Counted from the whole stretch's first letter, positions 11,449 through 24,116 are shown. The stretch: DNA of 63,110 nucleotides, filler included, from Craspedostauros australis (GCA_030167865.1; 9 parts of 9 records of this genome joined end to end with filler, not necessarily neighbours in it), one strand, 5' to 3'. Notes: generated by a model from the letters alone, not told the origin. Numbers and translations: made by a program.

Positions 11449-13094
11449 CCCATGTCACGGTGTGTTGGGCCTATGACGAGTTGACTCGGCGATTTCCGTC
11501 TTGTAGAAACATCGCGTACGCAAAAGGAATTGGAGCAGTGAGATTGAAATCGGACACTTCCGCTCAGATCGACCTGAACCTCAGGGGCGTCCAAATGAAC
11601 AGCTCACAGGACGTGCTTCGGGCGGAACCGATCATGCTGGCTGACATTCGCAGATTCCAGGAGTGCGCTGCACCCAATCCAGAAACGTACAGGAACATCG
11701 CCCTGCTCTAAGCTATGTTCGAGACTGGAGCCAGGAGCGTCGCATTTTGTCGACCAAGTCAGAAGGCTCCCAGGAAAGATCACTTGACAGGCTGATGGAC
11801 CATCACATATCCAAATGTGAAGGTCGGAGAAAGCCACCTTGACTACAGGCACGTCATATTGTCGCAGGAGGCATCAACTGCATTTGAACGATTTTGGAGA
11901 TGTTGCCACAACGTGGATTGGACACAGAAAGGGAACACATTCTGCATCCAGTCGCCCAATGCAATATACAAGTTCCTTGGGCACCTTTGTCTGAGCGCAG
12001 GCTACCCCAAGCAGTACTTCTCTGCGCATTCCGGACGAGCTGGTGCAATAAACACAGCCATATGTGATGCCATTCTGGCTGGGAAGCCAGTTTCTTTCGG
12101 CCAAGCAAATGCAACAATTCTGGGAGACTTCGCCACCAACTCTGAATGCATGAGATGGTACTACAGGGACGTGTCGGACACCATCGAGCAGTACAAGGGG
12201 CACGCAAAGGACACTTCGCATCTGACTGTGTTGCAACTGCATCAGAATCTACACAACATGCTGCAACCAATCACTCAACAGCACCCATCTTGTGGGGTGT
12301 CCTACAGCAACGGCGTATACAAGGCTGTTGCAATTTGCAACAAACTTGATTCCTCTTGGCAATTGGACGATTGGTGGCGCGCACAGGGCAACTCCTGGCG
12401 GACCAACGAGGTGTTTGAAGAAGCTGGCCTTCAGCTTGAGGCCAGTGGCCGCCTTCACAAACAGGTGCTGCAATGCACAGAGCTGTGCACATCGAAGCAA
12501 TGCAGTCATCCCAGAAGAATTGGCAATATCATCAAGCTCATGATTGGAGCCGGTGAGTTGAAAAGGGAAATGCTGATCTCCAACCACTCAATCAACGTGT
12601 CTCCACATTTCCTGCGCTACTTCCTCCTTCCTCAACAGCCATCAAAGGAGGCTCGCCAAGTACCAAGGCCAAGACAACAATATGATGCGTCCAATTCAAC
12701 CAGCCTTGACCTGTTCCACCAACACTTATCCAGTCGAGCATGTGAGCGAAACATTGGCTTCATCTCAGTTGGAGACAAACAGTACAATCTCGCACAATTG
12801 AGCACAGCGCAGTGGAAGATGCTGAGACGACGCAAGCGGCTGAAGGTGGTAATCGATGCATCCAAGTTCCACTCATCAAACCCAGCTGCTGTCCTTCCGC
12901 GGGAAGTGCATTCCGATGCTGCTGTCAATCAGACCACAGCGATACCGATTGATCTCTTGGCTGACGATCTTCCTGTCCATCATGATGAGACAGCAGAGAT
13001 GGATGATGCCATTGATAACAATCCTGGAGCAGCAGAGATCATTGATTTGATTGGTGTTGATGTGGAAGAAGAAGAAACCGAGGGAGATATTTAA
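11400..13094 (+). pseudogene. Tyrosine recombinase (Crypton-like) with two premature stops and a long C-terminal extension
   Basis: One frame contains RNIALL*AMFETGAR (catalytic R), NVKVG (K), FSAHSGRAGA (HxxR) and ILGDFATNSECMRWYY (Y). Stops are TAA 11709-11711 and TGA 11793-11795. Confidence 0.8.
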
Positions 13095-13662
13095 GCAAAA
13101 TAGTATGTTCGTGAATTGTGATGTGACGTACGAGTTCGGTGCAGTACACTGACAACGTGTTGCCTTTTGTGAAGGAGCAATGGAGCAAAACCAGATCAAG
13201 TGGCGATTTTGGAGTGGAGGCAATACCTGGAGCTGAATAAAGCAACACTGTAGTGAAGCAGGTGACACGAAGGCGAAACGATCGATGTACTACAAGAAAA
13301 CCAGCTTCAGCAACTTACCTTGGGTGAAAAGAAAAGCGCATGTTTTGCGCGGCGTCGACGTTCCAGCCTTTCAACAACCGTGTTGGGATGGACTGGAAAA
13401 TATGCTGCAGCACAAGGTCGACGGAATGTTGGCTGTGGCTGCTTCGTTCGTGCGATATTGACAGCAGCATCACTGTTTTGGAGATCTGGGACAACCAAAA
13501 TTTTTGTCCAGAAGATCCATCTCGAACGTGATTGAACGTTTGCAAGACAACATGTTCCCTCTTTGACAGAAATGATCGAGAAAACGATAGTGTTGCTTAT
13601 TTTTAGTAGTTTTACAATGTGAGAAATAGCAGTTCCCCTGTTCGTCATCAGTCGACAGAGTG

Positions 13663-13760
13663 AGACAAAGTCGGACAAAGTTAGACAAAGTTAGACAGAA
13701 CTCGGCAAAACTGGACAATAGTCAATCGATGTTGACAAAGTCGGACAAAGTTGGGCAAAG
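13663..13760 (+). repeat. ~10-bp minisatellite (GACAAAGTYR)
   Basis: GACAAAGTCG GACAAAGTTA GACAAAGTTA GACAGAACTC... GACAAAGTCG GACAAAGTTG. Confidence 0.75.
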
Positions 13761-13850
13761 TCTCCAAACACGGACATGGGTCAAGCACACACGCAAAGCA
13801 AAACATGACCACGGAGACCTGTGAATTCTATTATGCAGCATAAATCTTTC

Positions 13851-14360
13851 CTATTTAGTTGTGTTACGCTTCCTCTCAAGATAGAAGATGAACTTCTGAC
13901 GACGAACCTCTTGATAGATGCGTTCCTTGAACTTTGTATGACTAAATGGAGCATACTCAGGCCGGCTTTGTTGCAGTTGGAACAGTGATAAATGTGTGTG
14001 GCTTCCATCCATGATGTCTTGTCGAAGAAGCATCTTTGCGACAGACAAATCAAAAACATGCTCCCCTCGGTGGTTGTGTTGCTGTCGTGGGTGGAGTTGC
14101 CTGTCGTTCGCCAAGGCAGCGGATTCCATCAATGAGCGTCTGAGCTTTTTCCCCATTTGCTTCCGATGATCGCGAAGCCTAGCTTCACACTGACTGAACA
14201 CAACATCAACAAATTCTGCCATGTGAGAATAGCACAACTCCCATGCCTCACCAGCAGGAACCTCTTCCTCTTCCACTGGCAATGTACCAGAAAGAAGATC
14301 CTCAAGGATGATTTCTCTTGCCTGGCTTCCCCTCCAATCAATCCATCCATCTCTTGGCAT
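13851..14360 (-). CDS. Hypothetical protein with an internally duplicated domain (diatom family, possibly TE-associated)
   Basis: ATG at 14360 (MPRDGWIDWRGSQARE). Two similar halves: WRGSQAREIILEDLLSG...AEF...RLR and FDLSVAKMLLRQDIMDG...RPEY...FKERIYQE. Confidence 0.65.
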   Translation of the reverse strand: MPRDGWIDWRGSQAREIILEDLLSGTLPVEEEEVPAGEAWELCYSHMAEFVDVVFSQCEARLRDHRKQMGKKLRRSLMESAALANDRQLHPRQQHNHRGEHVFDLSVAKMLLRQDIMDGSHTHLSLFQLQQSRPEYAPFSHTKFKERIYQEVRRQKFIFYLERKRNTTK

Positions 14361-14990
14361 AATTGCTGTCTTCTTGACTTGGTGTTGTTGACTTGGTGTT
14401 GTTGTTGCTGCTGGCGCTTCCACAGTCACAGTATGGGTCGGTCAAAAAATTGCGTCTGTTTCCCAACTTGCAACGAATCTGTTGTGGGTATGCATGCATC
14501 CACATGCTCATGGGCGCAAGCACACGATCAAAAATAATTTGCCAACTTCACTGCAGTTCGCTGGCATGGCTTGGATGCATTGGTCCGGTTGTATCGCGCT
14601 GAGTTCCAAGCATCTCTTGGCCATCACGACTTGACAAACATGTGCAATGTCAGAGATGTTCTCAAACTATTTCATACTATCCTTGTGAGAGGATTCTGAT
14701 TGGACGAGGTTGACTAGTTTGCATGCAAACCTCGACGTCAGCGTGCTTCCAGTGACGTTTCCGATCAGCCTGTACGTGAGGTTCAGCAGACATGCGGAAG
14801 CATAAGTCTCGAACACCTGTTGGATGCGCTGAGCTTCATCGTTGCGCGAGTCAATTTTGCTTTGGTGTGGATGCAGAGATCTCGTTGTTGATGGTGAACA
14901 TGGGTGAGGAACGAGATGGTTGCCTGCTGCTTTCGCCTCTGTTGGCCAACAAGCCAACCTCGTCAACGCGCTTTGGTCACAACATCAACC

Positions 14991-15323
14991 ATGGACCAAG
15001 ACCTTCGCCCCTATGAAACAAAGCAACTCTTACAATCACTTGAAGCAACAAGCTGTGATCGAAGAGAAATTGACTTCCACCACATTTGTGAGACATCGCC
15101 CAACATCTTTGGGGTGAAAGGATCAGAGAAACGACGCCGGTTTCAACGCAAGGCGAGCTACTTGAAGGGACGAGACATTGAGTGCTACCTTCGCCATCTC
15201 GCTGCCGCCTGTGTCACTCCTGGTCATCGAACGCTCAGTGAGGTAGCAGTGGTGCAGGGAGCAGCAGTAGCAAAAGAAGTTGCATCAGGAGCAGTGGTGT
15301 TGGAAATCCGGGGTTATAGTTAG
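14991..15323 (+). CDS. Hypothetical protein, divergent from the previous gene, probably truncated by an insertion at 15298
   Basis: MDQDLRPYETKQLLQSLE...ICETSPNIFGVKGSEKRRRFQRK...YLRHL. Composition changes abruptly at TGTTGGAAATCC. Confidence 0.5.
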   Translation: MDQDLRPYETKQLLQSLEATSCDRREIDFHHICETSPNIFGVKGSEKRRRFQRKASYLKGRDIECYLRHLAAACVTPGHRTLSEVAVVQGAAVAKEVASGAVVLEIRGYS

Positions 15324-15707
15324 TACTAAGATCTAATCTGCTGTTAGAAACTGTACCGTTTTAGAACTGTGAGCACAATCTCACTTTCTCTTCCGATTTC
15401 GTTTTCTTGACAGGCATCTGTCGCGGTAACGACACGGGGCGTCCTGTTGTCTCTTAGGTGCTTCCCTCTTTGTTCATCATGCTCTGTTCTTGCTTCCTTG
15501 TCTCTGCATCGTCGTAGCTGTCTACGCTTGCATGGTAGGATCTGCAGTCTTGAGCACTTGCCTATCTCATGTTTCCGTCGTTGATTCTCATGACACCGTC
15601 GTCTCATGATTGATGTCATCTTCGGTGATGTTCCAAACCTGCGGATATTCTGATCCTTTCTGATGTTCCAAACCTGCAGATGTTCTTGTCCGCAGGGGAG
15701 GCATGTG
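15298..15707. mobile_element. Possible copia-type LTR fragment
   Basis: Starts TGTTG, interrupts the ORF and contains a short direct repeat (TGATGTTCCAAACCTGC x2). The other end is lost at the contig edge. Confidence 0.35.
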
Positions 15708-17151
15708 NNNNNNNNNNNNNNNNNNNNNNNNNNNNNNNNNNNNNNNNNNNNTTAATTAATTAANNNNNNNNNNNNNNNNNNNNNNNNNNNNNNNNNNNNN
15801 NNNNNNNCCTCGATGCGCAGACACGCTTGAAGCGCTTCTCCGCTTCGTGCAGCTGTGTTGTATTCTGCTCTGGAGCATATCGAGCAACCGCAGTTTCTGA
15901 AGTATTGCCGAGGATCAGCATGTCTGGTTTGTGTTGCGCATGCGCAGTCTTCTTTGATACTGCGATGTTGGTTTCCGGCCACATCCTGCGATGCTGCCCC
16001 GACCATCGATCCTCGTGGTGCAATAGCTGATATTGATGATACCGCTGACCATGGTGGCATGAGCTGTGTCTGTGGACGTTCACAACGTGATCATCTTGAT
16101 CATTGTGACTTCATTCGTGATGATGGAGTTGTCATGAGATTGTTGAATGCGTTGCTGGCATGCTTGCAGGAGCAATGCTGTGTTCTGCGTTTCTCCATCT
16201 CTCTGTCTCGCATCACCTTCTCTTGATCATGACCGTCGCTTGGCGTCCTGCCACGTCTCGTCATGTCCTGTCATGCTCGGTTCCGTTCATGCCTCATTTC
16301 TTCTCTCTTCACTGTTCGATGGATCTCTGTCAACGCGATTGTCATGTGGTCATCATTGGCAACGCCGCGCTTCATCGGCGCTCATCAGTGGCACTTCATT
16401 CCACCTTCATCTGCCATCCTCGTCCCACACCACACCACATCACACCACACGACCACATCCATTCCTCTTCATGCCGTCTCACCACTGTAGCCTTTGTCTC
16501 GTCTCATGTCTGCCATTCTGGCGAACAAGAAGAGAAGCCACAAATTTGGTGATGTGGTTCGCCATTTTTGTTCTTGTTTGGTCGTGTCCAAATGAGTCCC
16601 TACCTTCCACGATCGAAGCGTGTGATCCATTCAAATGAGTCGATAATGGTATCCACAAAGATCCGTCACAACCATCAAACCGCGTCTCCAACTCCTCTCT
16701 CTTGTGCGTATTTCATCCGAGCAACATCATTGAACCACTGGATGAAGCATGTTCGAAGGCACCCATCAAGCTGAAGTATTATGCGCTACCAAGACAGTAA
16801 GCGAGACAGCATCCAGCTTCGAATCAACAGATGCAACGATGGAGTTGAGTTGAGCATTCCTGTGTGTTCGTAGAATAGGCCAAAACGGAATGGTGTCAAA
16901 TCAAGATCTCTGCCGTCCCCATGAGCGTGGTGGACGCATCGACCATTATCATTCGTACACTCATGGTAGTCTCTTGTATTTAGTTCTATTGTAGGGTATT
17001 CTATTGTATTATATGTTTGTGTATGGTGAAAATTGTGTCTGTATGTAGACGGGCAGTGCAGGTACTGCAGATGACATTCATGGTTGCGTACTCGTTCGGC
17101 GATTGGCTGCAACCGCATCTGCGACTTCAAGTCTAAGCGCAGGAAAGCAAG

Positions 17152-18250
17152 CTACTGAACTATCATGGCTGGCAGCACCTTGTGCAGAACAGGACTGAAC
17201 CATTGCTGGACGATGTCCTTCGATCCGTACCATCTAGATTCCGAGGCTTCAGATGCGTGAGACGTGTGTTGATCGTGCTCATGTTGATGTTGATGCTGAT
17301 GCTGGTTCTGCAGCATGGAGGTGTGGTACACGTTGTCCAAGGTGATCTGGAGATTGGAACCCTCCAGGTGCGCAAGCGGGACAGGGACGATGCCATCACC
17401 GTCCTGGTGTCCTTGACCGGAAAGCAACTTGTACGATTGGTACGCAAGCATGTGATCAGCATCTGGCTGTGAGGTGATGGTGTTTGGAGAAGGGATGTGC
17501 GCTTGCTGCTGCTCCACATTCAGTGCAGATCCGGCAGCAGACACGTAGAAGAGACGGTCGTTGAAGAAGGCACCTGGGAAGGTGTCATGAACGATGCGGA
17601 GTGCACCGCCGGTGATGTCGACGGANCCCTTGGGGCATGGGATGTGGGGAGATCCGAGCGTGACGATTCCCAGAATGCTGTCGATGTCAATCTGCAGATC
17701 CTTGCCGTTGGTGTCATCCATTCCGTATCCGACAGCAGCTCTGTTGATTGGAAGGAGGTGAATGGTGAATGAGGCGTGATGAACGTGATGATGTGTGGAG
17801 GGAGAACGCGAGGGGTGACAGTGTGAGTGAAATGAATGGAGTAGAGCAGAGTAAAGCAGAACACTGAAGCATGCACAGGAGCAGTTGCATAGGAGCAAAG
17901 CCGCACCAAACTCACCTTGCGAGCCAGCCACCGGCGGAGTGTCCCACCAGGATGATCTTGGCGGTTGTGCCTTCCTCCTTGGCGACATCCTGGATTCTCT
18001 TGACCTCCTTGGCCACCTTCTGAAGGTACCATCGGTACGCCCACTTGGTTGCTGGTGCCTTGAAGGTCATGAAGTCGAGATCGCACATTCCGAACGTGAT
18101 GGTCTGTGCCCAATCATGTCGCTGGAGTGGCAGGACGTGGATGTGATCCATTGCGTTGGTCATGTCGTCGTTGTTGCTGTTGTTATTGCTGTTGCTGTTG
18201 TCGTTGCCCCACCATCCAGCGTCGATGGCTTGCTGTGCGATGTTGGGAAC
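17152..18250 (-). CDS. Alpha/beta hydrolase (lipase/PGAP1-like), 5'-partial, intron 17741-17915
   Basis: Nucleophile elbow ILVGHSAGGWLAR, then IVTLGSPH, GDGIVP and LDNVYH. Removing GTGAG...CAACAG (17915-17741) gives in-frame WLARAAVGYG. Confidence 0.88.
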
Positions 18251-18396
18251 NNNNNNNNNNNNNNNNNNNNNNNNNNNNNNNNNNNNNNNNNNNNTTAATT
18301 AATTAANNNNNNNNNNNNNNNNNNNNNNNNNNNNNNNNNNNNNNNNNNNNATAGAGGACTCTCGCACTCCGCTCAGCCCTTCACAAGCAAGCCTGC

Positions 18397-18468
18397 AAGG
18401 GAGCCACAGCCCGATAGCCACACCTTTCGAGGGGTGGCATCAGAGCTTCTCCCTTGGCGCAAGCCGAA
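18397..18468 (+). other. Structured element: long hairpin plus GNRA hairpin
   Basis: AAGGGAG (18397-18403) pairs with CTCCCTT (18449-18455) and encloses GCCACACCT-TTCG-AGGGGTGGC; GGC-GCAA-GCC follows. Confidence 0.4.
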
Positions 18469-19314
18469 TAGATTTAAGTTCGTGCGCTCCAAGCTGATAT
18501 GTTCTAAGCTTGCACAGTTCCAGCAAACTAGCAGCTCCATGCGTTAACCGAACATTAGCCAATCATGGTGCTTTATTCTGCGTTGTTTTATTGTTCTTGT
18601 CGTCTTCATTGCTCCATGCTTGTTGCTGGGCTATCTCATTTGCGTTTCATTTCAAACCACGACGTCAAGGAGAACCACCGCAACACATCCATGTCATGGG
18701 ATTACATTGCATCACATGCTTCCTCTGCATCATCCGCATCATCCACACCACTCTATGCTTATGCTTTCCTCTGATCCACACCCACCTACAACAGCCAATT
18801 CATCCATACCCCACCCCACTGTACATCTTCTTGCCAAATCAACAGCAAGCCACATTCTTCCATCATTGATCCATCCCAGCCTTTCGATTATCTCTCCACC
18901 CCTCGCCTCAACAACAACAGTGACCATCCTGATGGGACTGCAGTGCAGTCTCCCGCGCCATCCACTTGCACGATACAACCACCTTCCTACGCCGACGACG
19001 TGAAGCAGCCACCAACCATCACATGGTGTCCCAATGCATTCACGTTGGTGCAGTCTCCTCAGGATGCAGGTGTTGCCTACACGGAATGCAACAACAACGA
19101 ATCCCGCACTATGGCTGTCACTGATGGCTTACCCTGTACAACGCCGCCATCTACGGACCAGACGAACAACAAGAGGGCATGCCATTGCAAGAAGCCGCCA
19201 GCTCCTCCTACCTCAGTCTTCAAAATTGTGACGGTCGGTAGCAACAGTAATCAGCCCACTTCATGGCCTGATCCCATCACCACTGTTGGCAAGGCCGCAT
19301 AGCGTTTCCCTCCA

Positions 19315-20708
19315 ATGTACTACAAACTGAAGGGAAAGGTGGACTGCTTGCCTTGGCTGCACATACTGCAACCATGCAACAGAATCCCCATGAATGTGAT
19401 GACCAGGCTTCCAAACAAGCCATGGATATCACTCATTGGCACAGCATGGACAATCATCTGCAACGAACTACACCAACAGAACTCCACGGTGTTGCTGAAT
19501 ATGCCACAAGAATCCGCATTGGCCAACCAATTCCATAACTTCCTGGAGCTCACCAAAACACTCCTGAAGCGCACCCCTTGCTGCAGCGGCATGACGGAGA
19601 ATATGAAGCAGTGGCTCGATGAGCTCACCACCCTGATACAGGAGCGCAAGGACTACGCCAATGATTGTGTCACCTTGGAGCAAAGAATTCAAGGACGCAA
19701 TAGCATCACCAGCAAGGAAAGGTCCCACATGCTCGCCCTGCGCCCTGCAATATCAAAGGAATAGGCTGGCAAAGCCGCGCGCAAACAGAAGGCAGCAGGA
19801 AGTGAAGAGAATGCCTCATCTTTCTGCATGTCATCCACCGCAACGAAGCCTGAGAAGAAGCCACGCGTGAGTATGGAACAGAAGATACAGAACACTGCAA
19901 GCCTCCTCAACAGGCTGAACAAAATCGAAACAAGCTTGCAGATTGGATGCATGTGCCAATGCCTCCTTCTCCCACCCAAGCCGGACTACATCCAATCATG
20001 GTGGTCTGGTCTGCTTCTCTCCTTGCAGTACCGGCTGTGGAGGCAAGTGCACACATCCACAATAGCGGCAATGGAAACGGCAACAGAAATGGCAGCAAGG
20101 ACAGGGACAGTAGCAATGACAATAACAACAACAGCAACAACAGCCAATTCATCCAGCACATGTTGAATCAGCAACAGAAAATGCGCGATACATGCCACTG
20201 CTGGGAGGAGGATCATGACAGCGTGGAGCGAGAGACTTCTCAGTTGTGCTACACCCAAGATAGGCTCTCTGCTGATATGAGGTCTCTTGCGGACCTCATG
20301 TTCCAAAACTACCACACCAGCAATGGCACTGTCAGCGGCAATAGCAATGACAACATCAACAGCCACCGCGATGGCAACAACAACCACGATGGCAGTGGCA
20401 GTGGCAGTTGCAACCGAAACAGAAACGGAAGTGACAGCGATTCCGCAATCACTGTCTCCCAACAAGATTCAGCTTGCGGTGGCAGGGAATACCACAGCGG
20501 CCATGATGGACATCCTCCCCGAGTCACGAGGACGGAGTCCACCGAATTGTTTACGAACATAGAGTGNNNNNNNNNNNNNNNNNNNNNNNNNNNNNNNNNN
20601 NNNNNNNNNNNNNNNNCAAAGATGAAAGAACGGATGCAGCAGCTGCAACAATCAACAAGAAAAGGTCTGAACAAAACAGCCACCTCGAAAGAGAGAGAGA
20701 TACACTAG
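19315..20708 (+). pseudogene. Degenerate gene, N-terminus possibly Myb/SANT-like
   Basis: GTAWTIICNEL...LANQFHNFLEL...SG...WLDELTTL resembles Myb-like TE accessory proteins. Broken by a stop at 19762-19764 and a frameshift; N/S-rich tail. Confidence 0.3.
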
Positions 20709-21499
20709 AAATCTGCATTGGCAGTGTAATGAAGAGATGCGGCGGAAACTCGAATGAAGGAAAGAATTGCAAATGGGGTAGAACGTAGTTGCAGTGGAAG
20801 ACAAGTTAAACACAAAACGCAAACGCATCCGCTAAGAAAAGACTGTAAAATAGACGTAGCCAAGCTTGTCGGACAGCAGACACACATTAGAATGGTTTGT
20901 TGACGCAGAAGGAGACAAAACTAGAACAAGCAAGTACCGCGATGCAAGTGGAGGTGCGCTAACACCAAGAACAAGCGCACAGAAAAGAACGAAGCAGATG
21001 GCGCCAGCCAACAACGCGATGAATTGTCGTGACACTCATATTTTGTGTCGTGGATACGTGTTCCAGCCAGTCAAACGCCAAAATTAAATGTCCTGAGGAG
21101 GACAGATAATTTATCTGGGGCACACGGAAAAATGGCGCACAGGCAAGACGATTGTGGAATGTGTGTGATTTGTTACTGCTAATTATTGTTACGGTTGTTT
21201 CGTGGTGGACAGCCGTTCGGGTCATGAGCGCAGGCTTAGTTTGTAGATTCTGCGCTCGCTACTGTGTTGTGTCATTCGAGCTCATCAGTCTTCATTGGAG
21301 GAGAAGAAGGTGTCGTTGCTGGGGGTTGTTGGCTCATTGACATCTGCAATGGTGCTCACCTCGGACAAAATGCTGCTGTCACTATCGGTACCATCATCGN
21401 NNNNNNNNNNNNNNNNNNNNNNNNNNNNNNNNNNNNNNNNNNNTTAATTAATTAANNNNNNNNNNNNNNNNNNNNNNNNNNNNNNNNNNNNNNNNNNNN

Positions 21500-24116
21500 G
21501 ATCAACATTGAGAACATCCTTCGCATTTTCGCTTTCGCGAAAGAACGGCAAATCGACCAAGCAACCGATTGGGCAGCCATTAACGAGTTCACTACAACGA
21601 CCGGGTATGAGGTACGAACCATCAAGACTCCTGTTGCCAGCAAGGCAACCCAAATGTGATTGAAACTCGCGATGAAGGAAGCCACCAATCGTGAACTCGC
21701 CGAGGCAATGAGCTGCAAGGTTGTGGTACACTCACCAAGACGCCCACTGGAAGTACGCCGATCGCCATCAATGCCAACCAGATGGAAGTATGACAAGTTG
21801 CCCTGCTAGAGGCGGAGCCATTCAGCAGACTCAACATCNAATGGTACCAGTGGAAGACCGACTTCCACCGCCAGCTGGTCATGACCAGATACGCGGCATA
21901 CATGAAGGAGGAGAGACCAAATGACTACTGCAAGGATGTCGACACCCAGTTCTACGCAGTGCTCAACTCAAAGANGTGCAAAGGACACGCTAACTACATG
22001 GTCCTCGCGGAAAGAGACAGCGGTCATGCAGCCTTCCAGGCCCTCATCCGCACATACGAATCCACTGAGAACAGAGCCGACATTGTGGCAACAGAGGAAG
22101 ACAAACTGTCCAATCTTGTCTACAATGGATCTGGACCGTTCAGCGCGTTCGTCAATGACTTCTCCATATCTGTTCAGCCAATAGACGACAACGGAAAGGC
22201 AATGCGCGACAAGCAGAAGATTGCAAGAGTCTTCTTCAACATTCACGATGAGCGATTCACCAGTACGGTCTCTCGCCTCCAAGAGACGGACGAGTCCTTC
22301 AATTGGGTCTGCGAGACTCTCATGAAGCACAACAAGGTCCTCTCCAACGCGGAGATCGACAGATCTCCACGGCGCAATCAACGCGCGCACCAGAAGGACG
22401 GNCAAACGGACCGCAAGCGACCGTTTGAAGCTACATCCGGGGATCGCAAGAAACCGTCGATGTACCAACTTCCAGATATTGTATTCAGAAGCCGTCTGAC
22501 CCCAGCACAAGTGTTTGTGGTGGAATCCTTGCGTCACTTCCGCGAGACAGGAGAACTCATCAGCGAGGAGACATTCAAGCGCAACAAACCCGCTGAGTTC
22601 GCGAAGACCCAGGANNNNNNNNNNNNNNNNNNNNNNNNNNNNNNNNNNNNNNNNNNNNNNNNNNNNNNNNNNNNNNNNNGATTCGGCAACAAGACCGATC
22701 GAACCAAGAAGTACAGACCATGTGACAACAGCTCCTGAAAACCAACAACAGGCGCTTCGCGCCAGCAGTTGGAGGTCATCACATGCATCAAGGACCAAGA
22801 CAGTGTGGACTTGATGCACGAAGCCGCGGAGAGCGGGCCAGGGCATACAACCCCGGATACGCTACGAGAGTCGCGTCCAAGAAGCGCTGACTCGCATATA
22901 GAGCACACAATTCGACGGGCAAGAGTAACGAATAGTAGCCATGGCTATATCATTCTAGACTCAGGCACGGACGGTGACATTGTTCATGAGTCTGGATGGG
23001 CAGTTGCCCAAAATCACCAGCAGCAGTTCCACCCCGAGGGGCGACAGTGGACTCGCGAATCAAGACGTTTCCAATGGTTGACGCGGAGGCAGCGTACAAG
23101 CCGCCAGAAGGCGGAGTGATCCTCATCAAGGCACATTATGTGGCTCTCAACAAGCATCCATGGCAGATGGAGTCGCTGTTCAATACACACCACATGCGCA
23201 CGTCCGACATCAGCGTCTGCGATTGACTTCGACAACACGATGGGCAGCAACGGATAACGTCTGGCGACATCAGCATCCTGCTGGCCAATCACGACAGCAA
23301 TACCCTGTGCATCTCAATTCGTAAACCGACAGCTTGCGAGCTAACTCAAACTAAGAATATTACTATATGCAACAGACACAGACGCCTTCGGAGATCCCAC
23401 ACCAGTGGTGACTTCAACGAGGTCTTCTGGCATCTCCCACAACAGGTGGTCGAGAAAACGAAAGCAGCATCGACCCAACTGGCCGATACTCCCATCAATG
23501 CGGAGTCAAGACTCATCCCAAGGCAGTACTGTGCGCAGCAAGCGGGCGCGCTACAGCCACACTGAATCAAGGGAAGAGTGGAAACTGATCTATTCTTCTC
23601 CACGGTCCCATCCATTTGACACCACAAGTGCTTCCAGCTCTTTGCACACGGCGAATCCAAATTCATCTGGGCAAAGCCGCTCCGACGAGAGGCGATGGCG
23701 CCAAGGGCGCTCACCGATTTCATTGTGCAGGTCAGGGCACCTGACCTACTCTTCTTGGACTACTCACAGGTCCAAGCCGTCAAAGAATGGAAGGCTGTGG
23801 CGATGCGGTACATGATCGAGCACTCCTTCACTGCTCCCATGAATCAGAATCAGAACCGAGCGGAGCGGCCGATCGGCGACATCAAGCGACATGCATACAA
23901 ATTGCTTTGGGCGGAGTCCGTGCCACTCACCTTCTGGTGCTACACGGTACAACACGCCATCGATGTATGGAACTACATGGCAAACGAGAGCATTCAATGG
24001 AAGAATTCCATTGAACTGCTCCACAGGAACACTCTGGACATCTCCATGTTCAGGTTCACGTTCTTTCAACAGGTCTGGTATTTCGTGCCAATGACCAAGT
24101 TTCCACATCACCCATT
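21500..24116 (+). mobile_element. Degenerate Ty1/copia (CoDi-like) gag-protease-integrase region, a different family from 24217-29697
   Basis: Gag-like SGHAAFQALIRTYE; protease ILDSGTDG; integrase VETDLFFS, APDLLFLD, QNQNRAERPIGDIK and PLTFWCY. Several stops and frameshifts. Confidence 0.82.

Noticed and set aside
15808..16083. DnaJ-like ARYAPEQN...EAEKRFKRV on the minus strand
   Set aside because: Lacks HPD and is truncated by the contig edge.
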